Part shown: positions 44,601 through 56,600 of the stretch, piece after piece
Position numbering within the stretch: the first letter of the stretch is position 1
Layout: each line of letters starts with the position of its first letter
Source: Tubulanus polymorphus
Taxonomy: Eukaryota; Animalia; Nemertea
Direction: 5' to 3'
Length of the DNA: 64,000 nucleotides
NCBI RefSeq assembly: GCF_964204645.1
Contig: NC_134030.1
Span: 16,058,110 to 16,122,109, forward strand
Notes under the pieces: model-generated
Told to the model about the DNA's origin: nothing
The model's database searches: none
Seen by the model: the letters and a program-made list of their open reading frames with translations, nothing else
Program-made: the position numbers and the translations under genes

Positions 44601-47600
44601 CAATAGATAGGTAGGCTAATATTCCTCAGTGCAATATGTAGATATATACCTATACATACCCGTACATTTTTTCACTATCATGCATGATTTTTAACCAATT
44701 TTTTAGTCAAAATCTCGAACTTTCAGCAAATAAACTAACATATTGTATCAATTGTGGCATTTATTATCATAGTTTAATGGAATCAATGACCCTTTGAATC
44801 AAATACAACTGTAAATTTGTCATAAAATGCACACCAAGTCCTCTGAAAATATAAAACAGATATCTCATAAAGGTTTGATAATAAGACTAAGAATTGTGTT
44901 TCATTCACAGAAAGGGAAGCAGATATGTGCAGGCACGCATTAGTGGCAATCGTGAAACTATTACCATCATGGCTTGTGGTAATGCGGCAGGGCAGATGCT
45001 AGCACCGAATGTAATTTTTAAAGGGAAAACGGCAGCATCACTGCAGTCTGTTGATTCCAATCGAGCACCTCCCGGAACTACGGTGTCTGTTTCTGAAAGT
45101 GGATGGACAAAGCAGGTTACAAATAATAGGCCTATACATAACCAGGAATCAACAACTTACTTTTAATCTATCTAACTTTCCATAATTTTTATCATAATAG
45201 GGAATCGCAACACTGTGGTTTAAGAAGAGCTTTTTACCAGCAATCGGCCGAGTTCGCCCGCAAGTTTTGATATCAGATGGTCATAATAGCCACAATTTCT
45301 TAGAATTGGTGGAACTGGCTCGCGAAAATAACATCAAATTAGTTGAACTCCCAGAGCACACATCACACTGGCTACAGCCTCTAGATCGGTAGGTCTTTTT
45401 GCCCTTATTGATTTATACAATCTAATTTAATGACTGCGGCGGTATGTGTTCTTTTTTAGATCGTGTTTTAAGACATTAAAGTCCTCATGGAATCGCCTCT
45501 GTCAAAACTTCTCAAATCAAAATCCAGGTCGGATCATTAACAAGAGTTGTTTTTTTGAAATCTTTACACCTACTTGGCAGAGTATCTCGCCTAAACACTT
45601 AATTAATGGATTCAGGTCGTGCGGGATTTATCCATTCGATCCTTCTATAATTCCACCAGAGGCATTTCTTCCATCTACAACTACAATTGCAACAGTCATT
45701 GCTGATGTGAGTTATTTTCTATCCGGGTCATATGATCTTACCAAGTTGTTATTTGAATACAATGATGTGTATTGGTATTCTAGATCGCCGATCCTACACC
45801 ATGTAGTGATGTTCCGTTGTCGGAATCAAATAAGGTATGACTTTTCACACTAAAACATACAAAACGTAAATATAGACAAAATCATTTAAAATATCTTGCA
45901 ATGACCTGTAACCTTAATTACTATCTAGAATCAATCAACGAGTGAAAATCCATCTCAGGTGTGAAACAAAAAACTTTATTAATTATAGGTTCATTGTTTG
46001 TTAATTAGTATTATTATTTTACCTGTGTTGGAATAACAGATTCAGATTGGTTCTATTGTGTTCTTTGTTGTTACTTACACCTAATGATTTTACATTTCAG
46101 TTTTCAAGTGCTGACGAACAATCAACAAATATCCTTTTATTTTTCATGATTTGTTTTCCTCACATTACATTCACATCTAAATGGAGTATTCACATATGTT
46201 TATGAAATATATCTTTCAGTTTTTAACAGCGGAGACAGAAGCGCCACCTATATTTCCTTTTGATAACAACTCGTCCCCAGGTAACAGAGAATTTAGAATG
46301 AATTAAATACAAATATTTTTCCATATGAGATATCTCATTTCGATTCTCAAAACATTATCAGCTGATCCAGATCACGATGTTTTGGATTACCCTGTGGTCA
46401 CACTAGCAAAAAAGAAGAGAAAATGTGAAGAGAAGAGATACTTCATACTTACTGCTGACGATGCCTATGCGAATGCGGTTGCTAAGCAAAATCTAAAAGA
46501 AAAAAAAGAACAAGAGAGAATTGAAAAGAGGCAAAAAAGACTCACTACAACTGTAAGTTAAAATAGTGCTGCAAATAGGTTATGGTTTTAATGTACCATT
46601 TATTTACATTTTTCCTGTCACGCTCTTTTTGCAGATTTCATCGAGACCAGAGGCATCAAATATTCCAGTAAGTAGATAACAAAACCATTTGAGAATGTTA
46701 ATTCAATGATTCATTATTTGTCAATGAAAAACATGCATTTCAGGGCCATGATGATCAAACTCAAGATGATGATCAAATTCCTGAAGCAAGTATGCCTAAA
46801 ATACAAGAAATAAATATTAGGTAGGCTTGTAGAATTGTAGTTTAGATCTTGTTTGTATACTGACTTGAAAATGGTCGTTTTCTTTTAACAGTGAGGGTGT
46901 CTACATAGCACTATACCAAGAGGGCAATCGTGGACGAAAACATCTTTATTTTGGAGTGGTACGATTCCTTGAAATTAGTTCTGAGAACAAATGCATTCAA
47001 TGGCTTACCCAATTCATGAAATCTGTTTTCAGATCTTAGAGATTCTTGCCTTTGGAGACGTAGTGATGGTACAGTTTCTTAACCAACCATGTGAAACTAA
47101 AAATTCATTTATATGGCCGGATGTAGACATCATCAAGGAGCACCCCACAGAAAACATCATCTATGATTTAAGCCCTCCAAAAGTCATCAACAACAGGATG
47201 CAGCTAGAGTTTCCAAAAGAAGAATTCCAAAATACGATGGACGTGTTCGCTACATTCTAAAATCAAAATATTTTTGTCAACTTAATCAGTGGAATATATG
47301 TTTTATTTCTAATTTATGGATGTAAATGTTAGGTTTTTGGTAAGTTTTTAGTTTTATAGGTACAAATCTTATTTTTTTATGAGCCTGATATTTTATTATT
47401 CAGGTAGGCATATAAGTTATTTTTTCAAAATACATAACAGCAATAATATATGGGTTGTGCAATACGAATATGTTATGAAATATAAAAGTTTGAAATACTT
47501 AACTTCTGCTTCTGTTTATTTGTTTACCCTCAATCAGCTGATCGGCTAAAATTGCGCGAATTAAAATAGTTTAATTATTGGATTCGAACATCAATCACCT

Positions 47601-50600
47601 GCTAACACCCCTACTTTACCCAAATGGCATTGTCCAACTAGCGTTGCCATATTGCTATGAAGCATCAGTATTTTTTAATCTCATCAACTTTATATAAAAA
47701 GAATTTGTTTTATATAAAAACATTGTATGAAATGACATATACATTGATTAATCGTCGTAAAATTTGCGCGAAATTAAAATAGTTTAATAATGGGATTCGA
47801 ACCTCAATGACATTGCTACCACCCCTACTTAACCAAAATGGCATTGTCCAACTACCGTTCATATAGCTACCTCCCCTACTTTACCAACATGGCATTGTCC
47901 AAGAACGACGCGTTGTGAGTACATATAAATGATAACAAATATTTTCGTTATTTCGTTTCCGAAATTATGTGGAGTGCTTCCGAATTTACGTAACCAGGTA
48001 TTCCGAAATTATGTTGTCTCTTAAAATGACATAAATTGACATATCTTTTAAAGGGAACTCGTTTTAAACGATTCCTTAATGATCGCAGAAATATGCGGCT
48101 ATGAAAAAAAGTGCTATTGGCAATTCCTATAGTCGAAGATTAATGCCCGTGAAATTAGTTGATTAAAAAACGGCTTCCGAAATTACGTGGAGTTACCCTA
48201 ACGCCTAATGCATCACACAGGAATGTGTTGGCAGGAATGTGAGTGCAGCCTGGTCTAGAACCAGCAATTGGCTATATAGTAGACATTGACAAGTATGGTA
48301 CCAACTGCATCAATCAGGCTAATCACTCAGCTGGGTGAAAAATGCTGAATGCATGTACCTTAGACATATAAAAATCAGGCCGGGTTCAGGCATTCAAGAG
48401 TTCTAAACTTAGAGGACAAATCTGAGAGAGTACATGTATATGTTTTGTTTGAAAAAAAGGGGAAAAAATAACAATAACCAGAAGAAATACAAGGACAGGC
48501 GGTCAGAGAACCTTAAAAATAATCTTGAGGGATAGAATAGGGTTTTCTGTGAAACAGCAGAAAACCCTTAGGCCTATAATAATCATGAGGAATATGATAG
48601 GGTCTTCTGACAATGGAGTAGGCCTACCCTCAACGGCATCGATCAAAGATTCCATGTTACAATCCACCAGGTTTGCGAGTGGTTACTCAGTTACTGCACT
48701 TCTATTTCTTCTACATTTCAATTAAATTTTGATCAACTTTTCTCATAGTAGTAGATAATTTTAAAGTGTAATAGCCCCAAGGGGCACAGTGGCAAATGGC
48801 ATCATAAATGGCAAATGATGCATTCTGTGGGTCATATTTGTCAAAATACACTCCCCATCAATACCTATAATCTTGTGTTTTCATACACAAACAGGGAGCT
48901 GGCAGGAAAAAATACCCCAGAACAATCTTTTTCCTTGGTCTCATTGATTTGAATGCAGAATAGAATTGAACTGGATTCCGAATGATCACCAGATTAACAG
49001 CCTGTGAAAGTAGGCCTAGCAGAAAACCTAGAATTTTCTAGGGCCTACAAAAGAAGCGACATGTCTAAGAATGCAGACAAATAATCCTCGGTGAAAAAGC
49101 CCATTAAACGGCCATCATATTATCGAGTGAGCTATATGAATATAAAAGAATGAAACGCAAAGCCAGTCGGGTCTTTTTCCAAGTGGTCTACAAATAAATA
49201 AAGGTTAGATTTCTAATGGATTAAATCCTACCTGGTCACAGAATTTATGTCCATTTGGATGATGCAGGTCTGGCCCAAAGAATCCATCTGGTTCTTCTTT
49301 ACAGCCGTCAAACGACCAATAACTGTGGTCAAAATTAAACGTTTTTTTTGTTTCTCCACTATGATCCTCTGGATCCATGATGTAGGTTGTAGGTCCTTGC
49401 ATATCAATAATCAACTTAGCATTACGAGACCTCTCTCGTTTATTGTAAAAATTATGAGTTAAAGAGAACAACTACAGTATAACGTCTCTATAGTGAGAAA
49501 AATGTTCATGGGACCACTGAAATTTATTTTTACCGGTATTGAAAACCCAGTGCCAGGATCCCTGATTCTTTTTTGGATTTTGTACTTATTTTTGGAAGGG
49601 CAAAGAACAAGAAAAATAAAGATTTATTTTTTGTCTTGTTTTTGCATTTATTTTCTGAAGGATTAGAAATAATAAAATAATTTTCTTACATTTCAAGCAC
49701 CTCTCACATTGATTTTCCTATTCAAATGACTGCTTGAAAGAAATTAAGTTATTAAAGAAATGATTTAAACAGAATATTCTTTATATAGGTGGCATTGAAG
49801 ACAAATGCCTAAGTAAAAAGAGAGAAATATATCTAAAAACCATAAAAACTCATTATTTGTAGTGTCAAACACAAGAAATCATTTTCATTTTTTAGAAATC
49901 AGACTCATTTTTATTTTTTTCCACGACCAACAACTGGCAGACTGTCCTCCAGGCAGACCATACAAAACGGCTGTACAGTTGTAAATGAATTTTCAACCTC
50001 CTTCACTCTCTCATCTTCCTCCTCAACCTCCGATTCAAAATAGCTATATGAAAACATAAGACACCATTTGAAAGCTGACTGTACAATATTGTACCTATTA
50101 GAAATCTGTTGAATTGCTGAAAAATGGCATAAAAATCAGATATAAATATCAATACAATGAAAGTCGAAGTGTCCATAGGCCTACAGCCGCAAAATATTCT
50201 CGCGGTGACGTATTTTGACTCAATAAATTTAGTTGAATTGATTTGGAGAAATAACATTATCAACGAAACAAATTTACCGGCTATCCTCCGAACTCCCCCC
50301 TTCAATTTCTACCACCTCCTCCTTGCCACATATCATTGATGGAACCTGCGATATCGGAAGATTAAGTGAAAGCTCCACTTATCACCGTTCGGTGTCATGA
50401 GAACCCTTTTTGGCGATTAACAAAAAGCACGCCGGTGGCAGAGTAGGCGCAGCCATCTTGACTGTTGTACTAAGTACTAAGAACCACTGACATGAAACAT
50501 ACGCGTACTTTTATTTTTCTATAATGTAATGATCTTTTTTTGTACAACGGCTGCCAAGAAAATAAACTTTCATTTTTTTTAATAGCAAGTTTGTTTTAAT

Positions 50601-53600
50601 CGAGCGGGCACGGAAATAAAAAACTAGGGGTCCAGGGACACCATGGGAAGTGGTTTCACTTGGGAAGTGGTTTCAAATGCTCAACAATCAAACGATTTCA
50701 ATATTCAATGCCCCTTAGTGACCATATACAAAAACCAATGACCTTGAAACTCACCAAAATCTCAGAATATGTCAGCAGCTATGATTTTGTAATCGATTGT
50801 GATAACAACATATGCTTCGTTACCAATTCAATAAAGAAATACTAAGTTATTCTACTATTCAACGCCCCCTGGTGACCATATGCAAAACCCAATGACCTTG
50901 AAACTCACCACAATCATAGAACATGTCATGAACTACAACTTTCCAATTGATTGTAATAACAAAATATGCATAGGTACAAATATAATATAGAAATACTAAG
51001 TTATTGTATTATTCAACGCCCCCTGGTGACCATATGAAAACCCAATGACCTTGAAACTCAGCACAATCATAGAACATGTCATGAACTACAACTTTGCAAT
51101 GGATCATGGTAACAAAATAGCCCTACGTACCAATCTGATAAGGAAATACTATGTCATTCTACTATTCAACGCCCCCTGGTGACCATATAGAATATATTAT
51201 GTCCTTGAAACTCACCACAATCATTGACGATGTCATGAGCTACAACTTTGCAATTGATTAAGTAACAAAATATGTGTAGGTACAAATATAATATAGAAAT
51301 ACTAAGTCATTGTATTATTCAATGCCCCCTGGTGGCCATATACAAAAAGCAATGAGCTTGAAACTGACCAAAATCATAGAAAACGTTATGAGCTACAACT
51401 TTCCAATACATTGTGGTAACACAATATGCTTAGATATCAATATAATGTGGAAAAACTTTTTCCCACCTACGAATGAGCACTGATGACGCCAAGATGGCCA
51501 CCAATTGTGCCATAATTGGCTGATCAAAAATACATGTCTCAGGTATACAACATCCCTTTTCAAAAATACCCATCAAAAATTGCGATGAGAAATGGCAAAC
51601 CTGTAAGAAGCTACAGGACTCAGAATTTGGGCCAAAATTTAAATTTTTGGCCACTAAAAAGGTCATAGGACGGCCATCTTGAGTCCGACCGACCCAATTT
51701 TTCTTATGTTGCTGGGCCCTTGGGGGATTCAAATATATACAAACAATCAATGTAATTGATAAAAGCGTCTTCAAAATTTCCCTCGAAAGCTTCGAAAATG
51801 TGTAAAAAGTGCTGATTTTGGCGAACAACAATGGCTGCCAGTCGGCCATCTTGAATCTGACAGGGCCAGTTTTTGGCCTGAACATGTGTCTAGGGTAGAT
51901 ACAAACCAAATATCAAGACATTAACTTGAAGCGTCTTCAAAACTTCCTAAAATAACTGGATTCCTTCTACGGACGGACAGACGGACGGACGAACGGCGGA
52001 CGAAAAGTGAACGCAATAGCCCGCTGGGACTAAAGTCCCCAGTGGGCTAAAAATGTTTTTCATTTTATGATATCTTTTTGGTGATTGCCCACAGGAGGCG
52101 GGGAAAAAATTTTTCCCAATCGGCAATTGCGCCAAAACCACGGCGCACCATCCGTACTCCAACTAATTTAAAAAAAGGCCTAAGTTGAAATATTCAATTT
52201 AACAGAATTAAATTGAAAATAAGAAAAATTTGGTTTCGGGCAGAGGTGTTAACTAAATAGAGGTGTTCATTAAGGGAGGATTTACTGAACCCAGGTAGAG
52301 GCAGATTCAGATCTTCAGGTTAGACTGGAAGGATACTATGCACTCTAGGTGAAATGCTTGACAATCTGACAACTTCAAATCAACACCCCTAGGTGAAAAT
52401 AACCAGGAGCTAATGACCTCGAAACTTACCACAATCATAGAACATGACATAGCCTAGGAAAAACTTTCCAATTGACTGTGGTTATCAAATAGGCCTATGC
52501 ATAGCTACATAGAAATACCATGTTATTACACTATTCATTGGTGAATGCACAGGGCCTACAGAAACCAATGAAATTCACAATCATCAGAGAACAACATGGC
52601 TAAGTTTTGCCGGCGGTTACATGCGTTTAGAAAAGCTACCGATAAAGATGGTCATTTGGCCTTAGAGATAAGGGATTTCAGTTGTTTCTGTCAGAGCTGT
52701 CTAGAGGTTGATCAAATTAGGACTCAGTTTTAAGACTTATCATTGGTGGTTAGACGATGCAAAATAGGTTATGGTACTGGATGATGTTGCGTGGAAAACA
52801 TGCCTTATCTACCTGGATAATGTAGTGGTGTTTAGTCATGATTTACCAACCCATCTGATGCAGTAACAAGAGGTATTTTGTTGCTTTCAGAAAGCCGGTC
52901 TCAAGCTCAAACCGAGAAAATGCTCTCTTTTCCAACGGCACCTCAAGTTTATCCGTTTCCCCAGTGACATCAACTCCCCCTATGTATACTCGTCCACTAT
53001 AGAGTATTGGGAGGAAATGACTTTTCGCGGGCGAATGTACATGGAGGCAAGAAAGAAAGAGATAGGGAGGGAGGGAGCCAAAAAAGCGATCGTAAGTCAA
53101 CACCAGATGGGGAAAAGCGAGGGTCCATCCAGCCACAATACGGACTCATCATCCACCGGGTCTTCAGGCAAACTGTGTAGTGTCAGATTATTACACTGGT
53201 GTCGCTGATGTCACTGAGAAACTATCCGTTTCCCCAGTGACATCAACTCCCCCTATGTATACTCGTCCACTATAGAGTATTGGGAGAAAATGACTTTCGT
53301 ATTCCGATTGAATATGTGAGGACCCAGATGATCAGATCAGGCGACTATCTATCCTTTTCCCCCTTTCTCATGCCTCTCTCCTCCCAACACTCATCAACAA
53401 AAAAGAGAGAGGGATAGGAAGGCAGCTGCTTCTTGATGGTAGACTACCACAGTGCATGTTCAACCCGGGGCAAAAACCCACCCAAGAAAAAATTAGATAA
53501 GCAATAAAGATGAAAGCAGACAATTGCGTCAATTGATACAAAATATAACCAGGGGTGGGAAGCCTCAGGCCGAACTCGCGTGAACAAAGTTAACTAGGGT

Positions 53601-56600
53601 ATAAGTCACCCTGAGAACGAGGAGAAAATTCCCAAACGCCCGAGCCAAACAAGGTTTAAAGAACCGAGGTAAAGACCTGCAGAGATCTCTAAAGATCCAA
53701 GGGCAAGAAATTTGCCGGTTGACCAAATTGTGAGTTTGAGCAGCTGCTTCTTGATGGTAGGATTCCGCAGTGCAAGTTCAACCTGGGCGGCAAAAACCCA
53801 CCCAGGTAGCCAAGAAAAAATTAAATAAGCAATAAAGATGAAAGCAGACAATTGTGTCAATTAATACAAAATATAACCAGGGGTGGGAAGCCCAAGGCCG
53901 AACTCGCGTGAACGAAGTCCACTAGGGTATGAGTCACCCTGAGAACGACGAGGTAATTCCCAAACGCCCGAGCCAAACAAGGGTTAAAGAACCGAGGTAA
54001 AGACCTGCAGAGACCTCTAAAGATCCAAGGGCAAGAAATTTAGTGTATATCACATGCAGTGGATCAGATAACAATGATAAAAGCTTACTATAATACAAGT
54101 GTAGCAGCCTGAGATATCTCAATAATAACAATAATAAAATGTATGAATTTGTGAGCAGTATTCGCTGTTAATAAGAAGACATACTAAAACCAAACTACGT
54201 GTAACACATTCTAGCCAAAAATGTTACCGGCCTCGCTAGCCATATACTTAGCTAGCACAAGCCATTAACCCTTAAGCCATTGCTTGCCACAAAATTTTTT
54301 CTGTCCAACATCGCTTGTTGGCACAAATCTTTACTGCCCAACCTCACTAGTTGGTGCAAAATCTTAACTGCCCAACCTCACTAGTTGGCGCACAATCTTC
54401 ACTGCCCAACCTCACTTGTTGGCGCAAAATCTTCACTGCCCAACATCACTAGTTGGCGCAAAATCTTAACTGCCCAACCTCACAAAATCTAAATCATTAA
54501 ACTTCCAAATCCCAACCTCACTAGTTGGTAAAGAAATAAGACTGATAAACAGAATGCTCACCAGACAAAGGTCGATCGATCAGGCTGAAGACTTCAGGCA
54601 AACTGTGTAGGGTCAGATTATTACACTGGTGTCGCTGATGTCACTGAGAAACTTTGGGGCATGTATTAGGCCTAAGTTAGGCCGGTGTCGAAACCGACAG
54701 TGCCAAATGCGATAGAGTCAGAGATTGGCCGACCCCAACGTTAGTTGCCGAATGGCGTAGTTTCCTTGGTCTCTTGACATACCAATAGACATCAGCGTCT
54801 AGGCTTGCCCGAGGACCACCAACCAAGGACTAAGTACAGTATGGACCTCTCTGACCACCTCACTAAGTCACACAACATTGTTCGTAATCGACTCGTGTTG
54901 GCACAAAGGAGTCAGAAAATGGACTATGACCGTTTCGCAAAACACGGAGGTTACAAGGTCGGGGATCGCGTGTGGCTGATGAGCCACTTTTTGAAAAAGG
55001 ACCAGGCACCTAAGTTCCACTGGAAATGGAAAGGGCCTTGCATTGTGACCGAGAGACGATCAGAGGTGAATTACATGGTTGTCCTAGAACCAGGCACCGA
55101 TGAGAAATGGGCCGGTACCTTAAATCAAAGGGTTAAATCCTATATATAGATATACCCTTGTATAGGCCTATAACCGTGTATATATTTTCTTAGTTTTAGT
55201 AAACAGTATATTTTCATTTGTAACTGGTGGTGACTAGGATTTCAGACTCCGTTGCACCTCCTGATGGTATGCTTGGGACCACCCACCTTGCATGATTCGG
55301 GTGGTATCTGAATAAATAAAATCCCCCACCTTTAGTCTTGTCGTTGCAGCCAACTCATGTTTTGAACTATTTATCATTTCTAGTATGGACTGTATCCAGT
55401 TAGACCAGTTATCTAGCCTCCACGAAGAGACACAGACCCAGCAGGTCTCGAAGAAGTTTGTTCCACCCTTCATAGACAGGATGCGACCTTCAGCGAATTA
55501 AGAGCAAAGATGGGCAGACTTAATAAATCTGCCATAGAACAGTCGTTTGTGGAGGATCCTGGCCGCATAGTTACCGGTGCGGTAGTAACCGGCCTCAAGA
55601 CAACCATGACCAGGCGTTTCCGGCTGAAGATGAGTACAGCAGCATTTGAGTGCATCAGCCAGGCACTAGTGGACACTCTGACCGGATGTGGTGGCGACTC
55701 GTCACACCTCTAGCTGAAATTTCGAGACTCGAAGCAGAGGGCAGTCGAGGACCTACTAATCGTGTTGCTGGGAGATTCAATGTTTACGAGGCTGAAGGCC
55801 AGCAGCAGTCTGATTCCCATTTGTCACCCTGGAAAACGACTCAGTGATTTGAGGGAGTACCTCCCGCATGTATACTTTAGGGCAAGAGGGATTGTTGTCG
55901 CGCATGGAATGAACCATGTCAGTGACTATGGCAGGACAGGGGAGGAGTTTGTGGATGTTGTAGCGCTTCTCAAGAGCAAGCACCCTTCTGTCCCCCTTTT
56001 CCACCTACAGACCCCTGTCCCTCACTGCTGGCGTGGTGAACACAATCGCGTAAATCAATATCAACCGGGTTAACATCTTCGCCCTCCATGCAAGGTTCCA
56101 ACAGGCCGACCATCCGGATATTTCGGATTCTGATTTTGTGGGGAACCACTACAAAAAGTCAGCCATGCACTATGTCTGTCGGGAAATAATCCTTGTGCTA
56201 GATCGCGTCTGAATGTGTTTTTTAACGAATAGGACTATTCTGTACGAATCGGTACATAGGACATATTCCATCACACCACCCCCCTTTCAACTTGTTCAAA
56301 CTCCTATTTGAACAGGAATGTATAGTCAACATATTTACACAAATTCAAACAATAATATAGGCCTAGTCCTCATTGTACAATATTTAAGCTCCAAACTTCT
56401 CGGCTCTGGATAGAGTAGACATCTAACACGACTTCTAACACTAGTCGTTATATTTCGCATTGGGGTTGCATCTCAGTGATTAGGATATAATATGCAGCTG
56501 TCGATCTCCACTGGTTTGTGGTTCGTTTTCAGGATGCACCTTTTGGTAGATACATGTGTAACCCAAATATCAAGACATTAGATTGAAGCGTCTTCAAAAC

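Larger units (their letters stand above)
52951..54653 (-). mobile_element. Non-coding element with Ngaro/PAT-type split direct repeats (A1-body-B1-A2-B2)
   Basis: A: 54592-54653 matches 53162-53223; B: 53224-53300 matches 52951-53028; precise removal restores the Gypsy RT AAG TTT TTG GGG CAT (KFLGH); no TSD. Confidence 0.8.
52740..55149 (+). mobile_element. Decayed Gypsy/Ty3 LTR retrotransposon pol remnants (RT, integrase C-terminus)
   Basis: [15 protein letters not shown]...[19 protein letters not shown]|LGHV...GVETD.AK...VRDWPTP; [10 protein letters not shown]...YKVGDRVWL...[22 protein letters not shown]. Confidence 0.85.

Noticed and set aside
46101-46229. Extra transposase micro-exon (FSSADEQST) followed by ATATCCTTTT, a possible U12 AT-AG intron inside the transposon
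   Set aside because: It would be in frame using the AG at 46228-46229, but there is no properly spaced U12 branch site, the same 10-mer occurs by chance at about 39880, and the ORF is complete without it; needs RNA evidence
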